Shown here in pieces: positions 38,639 to 52,319 of a DNA stretch of 64,000 nucleotides. Under the pieces are notes generated by a model. It saw nothing but the letters and a program-made list of their open reading frames with translations, was not told the DNA's origin and made no database searches. How positions within the stretch are numbered: position 1 is the first letter of the stretch; each line of letters begins with the position of its first letter. The translations under genes and the position numbers were made by a program. The DNA comes from Glycera tridactyla. Taxonomy: Eukaryota. The stretch covers positions 51,212,001 through 51,276,000 of the forward strand of contig OZ286462.1 in NCBI GenBank assembly GCA_965644265.1. Direction: 5' to 3'.

Positions 38639-38662
38639 CAAACCAAAAGTGGTAAAGAAGTG
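38639..38662 (+). CDS. candidate 24-nt micro-exon
   Basis: Long pyrimidine tract CCATTCCCCCTCACTCTTCTGTTTCACAG, an upstream CTGAC branch-like site and donor GTG|GTAAGC. Frame-preserving; phase 0 reads QTKSGKEV. Confidence 0.35.
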
Positions 38663-38999
38663 GTAAGCGACTGTGGACTACCTCATCTTTTCTTCATAGA
38701 TGTCAGAAACAGGCAAAGGAAACCCTGACACAATAAGATATGAAAACCAAATTCGTTCATAATTTTATGACAATACAGCTAGACCTTTTGGCTTTCAAGG
38801 TATACTTTGGGTAATCACATATTTCTTTTTAAAATGATGATCCATTGATGAGGCATTGATGAGGGTAAATATTGATTGGATATAAACAAAAACACCCTAA
38901 GCTATTGAAAATTTTACTAGATATTTGTTGATTCATTACCAAATCATTTCTAAATCATTTCCAATGAAACACCACAGTAGGAAACAGAATATATGTAAG

Positions 39000-39800
39000 G
39001 AAATATTCATCTAAATTAGATTACGACAGAAATCTAGCTGCTTCCAAAAATCAAACTATCCACTCAATTTAAAGTAGAGCATGAACATTAGATCATCACC
39101 TGTACATAGAATATTGTCATCAAGTCGTGTTCCAAAGATCCTCCATCCCAGTTTTGCATTATTTCTAGAGTCCCCATCATCTGAATATATGACTCCTGTC
39201 TTCCATGTTTTATCATCACAAGAGATTTAGATATTGATGACTTTATTTTTGTTATATTACCCGTTTGACTGAGACATTTTTCTGGAATAGAACATATTCA
39301 TCTGGCATATTTAGGAGAATCAAATTTGCATTAGCAAAGCAATGATAGATGGGCTGCATAATATGGAATATATCGCCCATTGATCTTCAGTTACATCTTC
39401 AATCCGAGCAGTTTTATAATAAGTGCCATTGGCACCTACATTATCGTGAGCATCATGAAATGACCCATAGACGTCAAAATGTATGATTGTACCTCTACGA
39501 TTCTTTTACTGTAAAATGTTGAACAAATTTCATGCAGGTAGTTCCACTAATGTTTTTGTGTCATTGGCATAGGTGCTTTTCAAAATGATTGGGATATCTA
39601 ATATTGAGCCAGGCCATCTCTGGATGTATTATGCAAAACAATAATTGTAACTTTCGCCAATTTAGTGCAATGCAATCCTACTCTAATCTGCCAAGATATG
39701 AAGTCAAATTTATCATTGATGACACCGATAAATTGGTAATTATCCTAATGAGATAGGAACTTCTTGGTACTCACAATATAGTATTGCAGATCTCATAGCT
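39000..39800 (-). mobile_element. possible decayed LINE RT relic
   Basis: Minus strand near 39090-39125 reads ILCTGDDLMF (compare LLFADDLVL). Otherwise very degraded; boundaries approximate. Confidence 0.25.
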
Positions 39801-42800
39801 TACGAAGCACATCCGTACTCCTGCCTCAGCGAGTGGCTACTGCACCGAGCTCGAGTCATTATCCTGTTACAATCTCCATGAACAGTAAGATCAACTTTAG
39901 GAGTATATCAACGATTCTATCAATTCTATCAATTTAATTTGGGGAATCTCAATGAAAAAAAAACAAAAAAACTTGGGGAATCTCTTCAAGTGTGAGATAT
40001 TCTGCTTGATTTATATTTATCTTCTCATCTTGATTATGACAAGCCACCCGTTGTTTCCTATGCCTGTATCTGACAGAACTTCAACTTGTCGGGGCCATTT
40101 TGCTAAGCCTTAAAGACAGCCTAAAATGTGGGTCTGAGTTTGTGAGATATCCAAGGTGACTATGGTCTCTCATCAGAGAACTAGGCAACTAGGGACATCT
40201 CTCAAATCTGAGGCAAACTTGAATCTTAGTGGAATGGGCCTCTGATCTCTGTTTGTTGCTGTCCGACCGTATATATACACATATATACGTCTTGTCTATT
40301 CTACGTTGGCTTGATATGAATCCCTCACAAAATGGATGTTAACCTTCTTCCCTTTTTTTCCACACTCCTTTCTTCCTAGTCGACCTTTTCCTTGTACACA
40401 TATTAGCCCTAATGGGTGCGCACTATTCATCGGCCAGCAGCATGCATCTACAGCAAGTATTGTGTTTTGTACATGATTTATGATTGTAAGTTAATGATTA
40501 GTCATTCATGATTCTCGAGCCTCCAGCTGGGATGCTTGGATGGCTTCTGAATTAAGATAAGATACAAGGAAAAACACACTAATGTATGGTATCTGAGGAA
40601 TACTTGATTTCTCAGTCTGTGATATATTTGAAGTTCAACATAGTCCTCCGCATCTTTGGCAACATCATGAATTAATGATAGATATTCCAAGCATGAAAAG
40701 TAATATCCAATGTCCATTTCAGGCCATCTCAGAGCTGGGAATATGATTTGACATTAAATCTTAGCAGGAGTTTAGGATAGTATTCTAAATCACATATTGA
40801 CACACTTCATGGTTTCTGATGAAAATTTATCCAACCATGGCATATTCTTTAATGATGCCTCATAGTTTTCTCAATAATTTTCATTCATTTGTTCAAATTG
40901 GACAAGAATAGATATGTAGAGATTTCATGTTCATAATATGATTGTGGCCTCTTGAAACCAGAACAACATACAGTTCCAGCTTCTTTTGAATAATATCTGT
41001 GTGGACCTGAATATACATGTATGCATTATATTTGGTTATGTTTAGAGACCTTGATTTTTTTCTTTAGCTAATAGAGGTAGTTATTGATTTATTAGCAGTG
41101 TAGTCCCCCACTGCATGGACAGCCTGATTCCTATTTCCAAATTATATTTGTGATATGCAGTAGTACAATTGTGCAGCTTTTATTAGTATCTCCACTTGGA
41201 TTATCCTCGTGAATATTGTCCCTTCCTGGTGGCAAAGCTGCAAGCCAACATCTCTGAGGAAACGAGAACTGAGGAATGCTAATGTTCAATCAGTCCCTGG
41301 TGCAGTGTATCTAATATATGGATCAGCCTAAAGTAACTTTCAATCACTTTAATTTTCAAAAAGGCATGCCTGGTGATGTATGACATTTCTCAAAAACTGT
41401 CTTAAATCATCCTGAGTAGATTTTCTTTGTACGCACCTGATTCCTGGCATCATTTAGCAGTGATAGTCATGATCTTTTTTCCATCACAGTCCAGATTTTT
41501 ATAGCAATGCTAGGGTATTCATTGATTGAGTACACCTACACCCATGTTGATAGTGATATTCCCTTTGGATATACATAGCAAATTAATGGGTAGGTCAGCG
41601 TCTTCATCACCTTGGAGAGAAGAATGCAACATGATGAAATACATTTCACAGTCCCGAGTATATCATCGATTTAAAAAAAAAAGAAAAAAAAGGATTTTCA
41701 AACAAACACTCAACTTCCCTTGAATAGGTAAATACTGATGATTGTTAATCATCAGTATAGTATCTTTTATGAACATAGATACATACATTTCCTTGTATCT
41801 CCCAAACCAATGTATCATTGGTGTGGATCTCACTGCTGGCTATGATCTCAGTGCAATGGTCCAATTTGTCTGGTAATTATCCCATATCTGTTTCTTATGT
41901 CATAAGTGGTAGGGTACCATCTTACCTATTCTGGTACCCAACTTACTCTGACTTAGCATTAATAGCAATCACATGATATGCATAGTTACCAGTCAAATAG
42001 GCCCAGTATAGTATCTCCGATTTGTGTGACCCTAACAGAAACTTGGGGCGTAGGCATGCCACCCGGTGTGTGTATTGTGCAAAGGCTGGACACTACAGAG
42101 GGCAATTCTGAGGTCATGCGCACCTCATCAGTGGGGGTGTTCATGACCTTGAAATCTCTACAAAAAATCCATGCATCTCTTGTGTTTCCCATCCTCTACT
42201 TTACTCGATCAACCCTTCTGTGTTGGATGTAAATATGAATTTCTCCCATTTATACAGTTGTGACATTTGAAGTACAAACATCAGTGACATTGTGAATTCA
42301 TGTTCCTGTTTCAGTGTTGTGGAGTATGTATGCACATATATTTCCAGATTTTGCACCTTATTTGTGATATAATTTGTATGTAATATTGATGAGACATCAT
42401 ATGCCTTTCTGGCTTACACATAGACGTTAAACCAGTATCAACCACCCAACCAACCAACACATCAATATTTAGCTTCAAACGAGGTGGAGAACAATCATGA
42501 AGAAATGATGATTTAGCCATCATTTTTTTGAGGGAACATCAACATTTACATGTCAGGTTCAGTGTCTTTTTTCTTCAAATATTTCTCTTCAGAAGTTTGT
42601 CCCATCTCCCTGTGTGAGCCTCTAATCATGTATGATATATCAAGAGGGTTGCCTCCACAAACGCATTGACAACCTGGGATATTTTCTCCTATATCAGCAT
42701 TGGTTGTGAGATAAAGTTCACAGCTGGATGAGTACCGATACTGATTTCTTCTCAGATACACCATGAAAAAGCTCCTTGATCTATAATTTGATGACTTTCA

Positions 42801-42899
42801 AAGCATCTCGCCAATTCTACACATAAACTCCTATTGTATTGAATCTCTGAAGAACATTTTTGTGGGTCATCTGAATGAGCAGTCATGATGGGAGATGAA

Positions 42900-43900
42900 G
42901 AATTGGGTCATGAACATGAATCAATTGATCTGTCACTAACCATATGAGATATCTATATATTGTGAAATTGCAGACAGATAATTCATATTTGATTGATCGT
43001 GAATTGGACTGAAGCATGAGAAAGCACTTAGCCTCAACCACTCATCCAATTTTGATATTCTGTCGTTAGTGTTTCTTATTATTGATGAGACAGTCTCTCT
43101 AGAAGATAAGCAGCCATCTATGATCGCGATCACTGTTTGACTGGAAGAAAAATGATGGATTCCATTGAACAATTGAAAATGAAGGACATATGCACTATGG
43201 GTTGTAATAAGACTATGGCCTAAGAGAAATTTCATCCACCCTCTTATTTGAGCTGTCCTCGTTTTATAATCATTTGCATGCATACTTCACAGAAATTGGA
43301 CTTTACCCAACAATTATGATGTATAAGTAGGATGCTTACAGGATGGTCATGGTCTGTTGCATCAACCATTCCATTGATCCTCTGTATCAATGGATGGAAT
43401 TGAATCAAGGGATGTCATTCTTTCGTGAAATGTCAATTTCCATCTGCATTGATATCCTAGCATCTTGTAAAATGAAGGTGGAGGGAAGCTGGGAACCTCT
43501 GGTTAAACAGCATGGGATGTTTCCATCCAAGACCTCTGCCAGACAAGCACACAATAATGGCTGTGCTATATATACCAGTGAAATCACCAGTTAGATTCTT
43601 TGAATGGCACCATTAGTGAATCATTCATTCACCACCCGGGAGAGGGTTAGCCCTTTTCCATGAAATGCCTTCAATATGGTCTATTCAGTAGGCAGAAAAT
43701 GCCTCTCCATTAATACATGCGCAATGCGGCAGGTTATGGGTCAATTTGGTCACTATTCTCATGATATAGCTGATCACGAAGACTCAGAGATATCATTTTT
43801 CCATGCTGTCTCATGCAAATTCTGGACAGAGTTCACTCAATATGGAAGGGAAATATCAGTAAACCATAATTTCTTCTAATGTGGAGGCATAAATATAGTG
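42900..43900 (-). mobile_element. decayed LINE RT relic
   Basis: Minus-strand fragments in the expected order: TILKAF (D..KAFD-like, about 43660), LTRGSQLPSTFIL (QGS.LSP.LF-like, about 43490) and NDRISKLDEW (post-YADD helix, about 43050). Confidence 0.35.
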
Positions 43901-44159
43901 ATTGCCAGAATGACCAACCAACTTTTGGGAGAGCAATTTTATATTCAAGTCAGTTGAATATGCCTCCAGTGAGACTGCTCCTGTTATGTGACAGTACTTT
44001 TGAGTTATCATGTCAGGTTGTTTGTCATTGCAGATATCATGATATCAGTGTGACATATCCCATAATTCTTTGCTCACGGCAACTAGGATCATGAGATTTA
44101 CATTGCAACCTGAGACGAGCAAGCGTGTGACAAGCAATTACTATGACAGAGGATATACC

Positions 44160-44426
44160 TTGAAAGATATACGATGTACTTGCATTTATCATGAGGAAAC
44201 AAATTTTTGACGGATTCAAAGTTCTTCGTTCTTTATGGTTCTGCTGTCCCTAAATGAGTATGATGCTATCTTGTAATTGCTTGTGGCTTTCATAACATAC
44301 TTTGAAAGATATACTTGCATCTATCTTGAGGAAACAAATTTTTGACGAATTCCAGGTCCTTGGTTCTTTATGGATCTATTGTACCTTGATAAATCTGATG
44401 CTATCTTGTAATTGGTTATGGCTTTC
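44160..44426. repeat. diverged tandem duplication of about 130 bp
   Basis: 44160-44291 and 44302-44426 both run TTGAAAGATATAC...GAGGAAACAAATTTTTGACG...GTTCTTTATGG...TGATGCTATCTTGTAATTG...TGGCTTTC. Confidence 0.88.
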
Positions 44427-45271
44427 GAGATGAGAGCCGAAGACATTAAGCGTGGCGGTATTGACGGGTATAATGTAGGCCACTCAGGTGTCATCATTCA
44501 TAACCTACAAATGCTATTTCCAATAGCACATATACCCCATTGATCGTATACCCACCATCCATCATAAGGTGGTGCTCAGAGCTAATTGAAAATTGATTGC
44601 CCAAACATCAATAAAAGAGCCATCAATAAGGTGTAAGATATCTTGTCGTTTGCACTGGGCAACCGGGATATATGCCGTCAATAAAGATGTATCGCTAAGG
44701 CCTATATGGCGTCATGATAAAATCATTAGTATATGTCTATGCCCATATCATGTACCATCTTTGGACCCTGTTTGATATTAATAATGGTATGGCATCGTGC
44801 GGTGTTTGCGTGGAGTTGATCGTAGATTGTGATGCGTCGCTACTTGATGGGCTGACGTATAGTGGAGATCAGAGCATCGAGTAATAAGGCAAACATATTT
44901 GAGCCCGCTTCAACTTACACCACTTTGATTAGCACATCCCATAGATACTATCTCACTCACTAGGTGCTGCCATTGTCTGGTTGCCATGGTTATTTTGATT
45001 AGATTTTTTCCCATATCCGGCTTAAATGGCTCACTTGAACCTCCCTCCAGTGGTCCTTCAATGGCCCTACAAATGGACAGCCGCATGTGGTGCACAAGTT
45101 CATTATTCAGCATTTCTATCAGCTCTCGAGTTTGAAAAGAGGCAAATCTGGTTGAAGTCAGAGGAAATGATGTATCTGTTTGGTATAAAAACCATATATT
45201 TGAAGCCAGGCCAGTACATGTTGTCCCCAGGCAATATGAGTGATGAATGTTCTCTTCTTGTTTTTAATATT

Positions 45272-45475
45272 TGAGAGAGAGAGAGAGAGATAGAGAGAGA
45301 GATAGAAAAGACAGACAGACTNNNNNNNNNNNNNNNNNNNNNNNNNNNNNNNNNNNNNNNNNNNNNNNNNNNNNNNNNNNNNNNNNNNNNNNNNNNNNNN
45401 NNNNNNNNNNNNNNNNNNNNNNNNNNNNNNNNNNNNNNNNNNNNNNNNNNNNNNNNNNNNNNNNNNNNNNNNNNN
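45272..45475. other. (GA)n/(GACA)n microsatellite running into assembly gap (N 45322-45475)
   Basis: Visible repeat followed by 154 N. Confidence 0.95.
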
Positions 45476-46605
45476 TGTTTGTGTGTGTGTCAGCATACCC
45501 ATTCTAGATATCTGGTATGATGAACTTCTGTCCGGGAATTGATTATGTCTGTAATATCACCAAGTTTAATCATAGGCAGTAATAGGTCAGTTGTATGATG
45601 TCTCCTGGAGAAGTTTAATTAAAATCTTGCATCAGTAAAGTTGGAATCTTCATACATGTACTTATCATCATGTCCAATCTTATGAAATTACACGTATGTT
45701 AGTAATCAAAGGAAAGAATGCTGGACATGCATTACATATTATGCATCAATGGGAATATAGAAGGATTAGAAAGTAACCTACATAGCAGTACTTTCTCTCA
45801 TTGAGTTTCAAAGAGAGTTATTCTAGAAAAAAAAAATCCAAAAGTGTCACCTTATCAAGGCTTTGGATAGGGCAGGTCTGAGAGATGGCTGTGTAAAATT
45901 GCTTCAATTATGTGAAAAACACATGTTGTAAAGATGCTCCAAAGTGTGCCATTTCAGATTTTGTATGGACGAAGATGAATGTTTTCTGGTCAATTTTTGT
46001 TCTTCTTACATCCTCATGTCTGGCTTATTGGCATTGAGATGGGCGTGTCCGGGTAGTTAGCACTGTGCAGTATGAGTCACATGCCAGGCCCCACCTAATA
46101 TCATCGCATCTTCCCAGTTATCATTTGTCTTCGATGTCGTCTCTGATATCGCTTGGATTGTCTTATCAGAGCGCAAACACGGCACGATCCCGCCCTTGAT
46201 GCATGCATGGATGAGCGGCAGTAGGGAACGTAGTCACGCGAGCTGCAAGGTGCATACAGTCACGGCGTTACATGCCTCGGCGTTATGGCTGCGCTCGTGC
46301 CCAGATCCCATTTCAGATAATGGCAGCCTCAAATCTGTAGCTGTCATTGAGTCATGAGATCATCTGATTTCCGCTAATTTATGTTGCTGCTGCTTTTGCC
46401 TCGTTGATCGCATTCACAGGTGTTGTGATATATTGGAATTCATGATGCTCGCTGATTTTAATCAGAGTATGGCATCAAGAGGATGAACTCACATTGGAGA
46501 AATTTGTGGTGAATTCAAATCATTAAATGATCTATCTCTGACTTCGACAACATTTCCAAACATAGAATGTGTACTACCTGCACATGCCAGCACCTCACTG
46601 AGCAA

Positions 46606-46883
46606 NNNNNNNNNNNNNNNNNNNNNNNNNNNNNNNNNNNNNNNNNNNNNNNNNNNNNNNNNNNNNNNNNNNNNNNNNNNNNNNNNNNNNNNNNNNNNNN
46701 NNNNNNNNNNNNNNNNNNNNNNNNNNNNNNNNNNNNNNNNNNNNNNNNNNNNNNNNNNNNNNNNNNNNNNNNNNNNNNNNNNNNNNNNNNNNNNNNNNNN
46801 NNNNNNNNNNNNNNNNNNNNNNNNNNNNNNNNNNNNNNNNNNNNNNNNNNNNNNNNNNNNNNNNNNNNNNNNNNNNNNNNNNN
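46606..46883. other. assembly gap (278 N)
   Basis: Run of N. Confidence 1.
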
Positions 46884-49181
46884 TACTTTCAGACTGGATG
46901 GCGATTGTATCGCCAAAGTTGCTAGTCTATCGGATGAGAGATGCAATTGAATGGGGCTTCAATTTGAATTCAGAGACCATACAAATAATGTTGATCCACT
47001 TCAGCTAGACCCGGAGAAGAATATTAGCCACCAGCTCATTGTATGGAATGAAATCTTTTGATTGACAATGGCAGGTGGTCAGCTCCATGGCTGTCAGTCA
47101 TCCCTTCCTCTGGCTTCTATAACAGTACACAACAATGGCAGGAAACAAAACATCATTGTTCAATAAGAAAGATGGAGATATCATCATTCTATATATCATT
47201 GTGAAGATATGAGCTTTCGCAAACCTTTTTTTAAATTCTTGTGAGATGATTAGAATGAAACTATGTTTCACAATACAAAATTGATATGTTTGAATTATAT
47301 TATCTTTTTTTTGTATATTCCAATAGTGCATTATGAAAATATAGTTTCATTCTTACCGCCCTCGATTTTTTTTCTGACCAGCAGATTATACATGTATAAG
47401 ATACAGTGGGTGTAGTCGTATGTACCTCCCCAAAGTATCATGACTTTGAGAATATGAAACACCGTCACCTGATGAGTCAGATGTAGGTGGGCATGGTTGA
47501 GGAGAAGGTGTGAATAGGTCTATGAATAAGGTAACATGTAAGGTTTCCCCCTAGCCCTGCCTCATTCCCTCTTTGCATGATCAAAGACTGACAGTGGCTC
47601 ATGGGAGAATACACCTTCCGCTCAAGCGAACCATGAGGTGATTTCCGATCAACAATGCCAGCTCGCATGTCGATTTTGCATCATTGAATGCATTTTCCCA
47701 TGGGAGGGCGTGGCCTAGCATGTTGCACGATTTCAGCATATGGCGCTTTCACTCCCCGGAGGTCTGGATGTTAAATATGCATGAAAGAGAGGGAAAGTTC
47801 AATGCAATCACATCCTCCAACACTAAATGCGCAACTGCCTTTTCCTGTTATTAATCTGCGTGCCATTCTTTATAATCATGCTTCATCGAGGCGGAAATCC
47901 CAAGGTGCCACTGATGTTTTTCTCTATCCTAACTTATTCATCAGTGCCTCTCTTATTGTTAGTCATGTAAATGCACTAATAGCATGTGAAATACCTACTA
48001 TTCTGCCTTCATTTGTATATCGATCTCCAGATTCAACAACATGACACAGACTATGGAGGATTGAACAGAGAAAGCATGTTTGTTAGAAAAACTACATGCA
48101 AGTTTTGTGAAGGGACAGAATGACAAAACATTATATTCATTGGTGACAGTAGCAAATTCAGAACGAAACAAAACATACAGTAACCAAGAAACTAGTCACA
48201 TGACTATTTGTGGCTACCACCAAGGTCTACAAATAGCAGTGGCAGACCAAAACGAATGAACAGTTTGAATATGTGATCGGGGTGAGTGGGCTTTCAAAAT
48301 GATCAGCTTGCCAGATATGGGATGTAATTTTGAATTTGTAAACCTATTGGAGAGGGTTAATTGGCATCAGTGATTGCTTGTCATGGGTTTTCATGAAGAA
48401 ATCACCAGCTGTTCACACATTTTTTTTTTTTGCTACAACAATGATTTACCACTGCTCCATCATATATATAAAACTGCTATAAAATTGTCAGCTTTTATGT
48501 CTCCAACCTCCTAACAGGTGGTCTATCCATTAGGAATTTTTAAATGCGGAGATCTGTACAGTTGATCATCAAACATAAGCAACTTCATGGATCTATATGA
48601 TATCCAGAAATATATATGTATAAAAATGGAAAAGCTTCACGATAGAATTTCCCATAAGATATACTGATCCTTGCTAGGGGACATTGAGGAAAATTGTCCT
48701 TCTATTTGTTTGATTTTCTTTGTTGCTGAGAGATGAGGAAAATCATGGTCTTCATTTTCTTTCACTGTCACCAGGCAGACTATATTGAATACACAGTTTT
48801 AACAGTTTCTATTGAATGCATATCGCAAGATTTCTTGGTGGATCAATGAATGCAGGAGACTGTTGAAAATGGTAACTTGATCCTGCAATTACTGCATATT
48901 GGGAGCTAGTGGGCTTCTCAGAATCAAGGATTGCTAATGGGGTGGTATGGAGGAGTATCATGCTTTATCTTACTACCTATAGGCAACATTGTAGCTCCTT
49001 GGTTAACACCAGTCAGAGTTGATGAGGGGCTACTGGTGTAAGACAGAGCAGAATGATCAGATGGAAGTCATTCCAAGGAGATTGTTTGGTTCCTTCAGGT
49101 TTGGAGTCACATCAGCACCATATGTGCTATATCGGGATGCCCATGCAGTAGGCATGTGTGGGATCATATAGCAAGACTGTT

Positions 49182-49270
49182 CAATACCAAATGAGGTGTG
49201 AATTTCACCGGATGTCATGAAGCCGAAGGCCGAGTGACATTCAAAGAGATTCACACCTCATTTGGTATTG
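49182..49270. repeat. 89-bp fold-back (25-bp inverted repeat), probable tiny MITE
   Basis: CAATACCAAATGAGGTGTGAATTTC (49182-49206) pairs with 49246-49270 with one T:G mismatch. The loop has a further ATGTCA/TGACAT stem and a GCCGAAGGC mini-hairpin. Confidence 0.85.
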
Positions 49271-50846
49271 CATTTTCACCTCACTGTCATATAGTTTTGC
49301 TTTTATCACATGGATTAGAGATGAAATCATCAAAAAGAAGTTCTCATACAGCTGTGAAGTATTACATGCAATACTCAACACCTGATACTTCACCAAAAAT
49401 GGCACATCCATGTGAGCATCCCCCTTCAGGATCCCCAAACGGAAGACAAAAATCCATAAAATTCACCGACACAAAATAAAACAATTCTCTCAGGATATGT
49501 GGAGAGGAGCTGAGTTGTGAAATAGTTGGGGAAACTATTGTCATTATAATGAGCATGGTGAGAAGTGTGATGAATGGCCTGGAGGTGTGAATCTTGCATA
49601 GTAAATGGCGGGAGGTTGATGAGCATTCATCACATGGCTTATACCGCTGCTTCAGCCACATTCATCTCTCAAGTCACCCATCGAGGTCGGCTTCACTAAC
49701 ACTCAAATACATACATATTTGGCACAGGTTCTTCTAGTTGCCATGGATATAATAACAAACCATGGTACCCTTTCTAAGTGTGAGAACAATTTGAATATCC
49801 AGGTTCGTTAGATGTTGTAGAAGCAAGCATTTTTCCTGTCTGTTGGATGAAACGTGCATTAGTTACTTGGTCATCAGCTTCAGAATTATCTTCATTATCA
49901 AAAGAAAGGTTAGAAGTTGAGACAGACCTAATGTGGAAATGGTTTACTCTTTTTCTTTGAGCCTGCTTTTGTTTCCAATTATTCTTGAGTACAAGCAGTT
50001 TCAGTGCTTGTTCAGTCACTTGAATGCCGAGTTTTAAGTAGGTGATACAAAATTGGCCAAGTGACTGAGCATATTCTCATGTCAGGTAAACTTGTTAATG
50101 ATATCAAATGGTACACCACTACATTCACAATTTACATTTACATTCACAGATGCCCAGGAAATTGTTGTAACAGTCTGACCTGGATGGTCAGGTGATGTCT
50201 ATTCTAACAAAGCCTTCTAACCATGATTATAGTGTCTACTCTTTTCACCTGAGAAAAGTGTTCAGACATACTATTTTATATCTGTGATAAGTAAACAAAT
50301 ATCGTTGCCATATTCCAATGGTTGATTGGCAAGCATCTGTTCAAGCAGCAATGGATCAGGGTTTTTTTTGCTATCCCATAGACTGGTATTATGCAAGTTA
50401 ACTCATGTTAAGTTCTCTTGAATGTACTGTGAAACCAGCAATGAGAAACCCCTGGGAAGAGACCACCTCTGATGGGAGACTGCTATTCCAGAGCATGATT
50501 TCACATATGCCCTTTAGAGTGTGATGAGTATCATAAAGCAAGCAGAGTTCAAGCTGTCACTTCCAAAGCTAACTCATCAGTTTACCATATGCCTAGTAGG
50601 TTATTTATGCCATGACACAAGGTGTGGAGACATTTTGCTATTAGGTTATAATTAACATCTTTCATTGGCTGTTGTCAACGCAAGCTGCACCATTAGTTTG
50701 TCTTGTAACCCAGCAAGCTGTTCCATCAATTTAGCATTACCCCTGTCGCACATGGCTCTTCTATCAATCCATCAACGCCCATTATGGCTCAGAGGGCTCA
50801 GCATTGTTTGCCTTCCTTGCACTTTCGAATATTATCATTATGACTG

Positions 50847-51019
50847 CAGTAAAAGCTGCAATGAGAGACCACTTTAAATATCACCAGGACACATTCTTAA
50901 AAGGGGTGGTCTCTCAAAGGTATATTTGACTATGTCAAATAGGAATGCTACCCTGAATAAAGCAGCCTTTTATCTGAGGTGGTCTATCACCAGGGGGCCA
51001 CCTGTCACAAGTTTCAATG
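50847..51019. mobile_element. old, CpG-decayed copy of the GAGAGACC MITE (6299-6475)
   Basis: Colinear with 6299-6475 (GAGAGACC...GGTGGTCTCTCA..GGTATATT.GACTAT.TCAAATA...CCCTG...GAGGTGGTCT...CAGGGGG...GTCACA.GTTTCA.TG); termini eroded. Confidence 0.75.
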
Positions 51020-52159
51020 AGTGCATTTGCTAGCATAGATTCATGGTAATTGATTGAGTGGTGAACATGAATATGTTTTGAAGTTTGCCAATATAACAAC
51101 ATGATGAAATATATGTGTGTGTGACCAACGGAGAGCTAGAATCATTCAAATCCCATGAAGCACTGAAGAATACATGTACATTTAGATATTAGGTAAGGCT
51201 ATCACATCAGCCATCTCAGGTTTTCCAGCCTCAACTCTTTGGGTTGTTTCTCTCATATTGTGGTGAAATATATTTTGAACAGCAATTTTGTTGTTGGTTC
51301 TCATAGGGTCAGTAAGAATAATATTTGTGGATTCACTTAGAAGAATAATATCTCCATGATATACTGTAGACCAAAAGGCACCATAGCTTTGTTTGATATT
51401 GAATATGAATTTTTAAGTGATATGTATAGAAACATTTTAATTAAGTTGCTATTAACTGTGGACCATTTATCCAACAATTAAATCCAGAGTGGATTGACAT
51501 AGTGCATTCTATCATGCAATATCACAGAGAGAGTTGTGTGTGGTCCAAATGGAGCTATCAGTCAACGTGTGACTGGCGACTGATGAGGATTTAGAATTTC
51601 CGTGTTTATATGAATGGCTCACATGCAACATGACATATTAACCCCCACAACCGTTATCTCAACCATAATTCAAGTGAAGTCGCTCAGATACAGCATTTAA
51701 CTCTACAGTAACGACCATGGTGATGACAGTGATGATGAACATATAATAGAATAATGATGTTGAAAATGAGGAAAAATAATGATAACATATGACGCAATGC
51801 CCACTGATATTTGAGCCCTTTATGGTCAAACAAATCCTTGATTGTGTTGTTACAGTTATGTTGTAACAATATTCTTGTCCTATAGTAGGAGGACGTAATC
51901 ATGGCCTATTTCCTACTTATAGCAAAACGTTCTTATGGAGTAAGTGCTAGTGTCATAATGATGAATGTAATGATCATAGTCATATGAGCTCAATGATGAT
52001 GATGCTGAAAACATGATGATATGAACAATACTGATGCCAGCGGCAGCAGCAGTGACAACTAAAATGGTGGTATTCTAGTATGACACTAGTTTAGTATCTC
52101 ACTCCTAATCACTTGTGTATTGTTCAATGAGATGCAATGAGGGAATAGCGTTACTGATA

Positions 52160-52319
52160 CAGTCGAACCTGTCTATAAAGACCGCCTTCGGTCGCATCAA
52201 AAAGCGGTCTTTATGGGCAGGTGGTCTTTATAGAGAGGTCATTTACTGTTGAAAATACTACCACGGTCGCAGCTCAGGTGGTCTTTATAGAGAGGTGGTC
52301 TTTAGAGCAGGTTCGACTG
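52160..52319. mobile_element. MITE, AAAGACCACC subfamily (young copy)
   Basis: TA flanks. Termini CAGTCGAACCTGTCTATAAAGACC and GGTCTTTAGAGCAGGTTCGACTG. CpGs retained; nearly colinear with 31346-31506. Confidence 0.94.
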
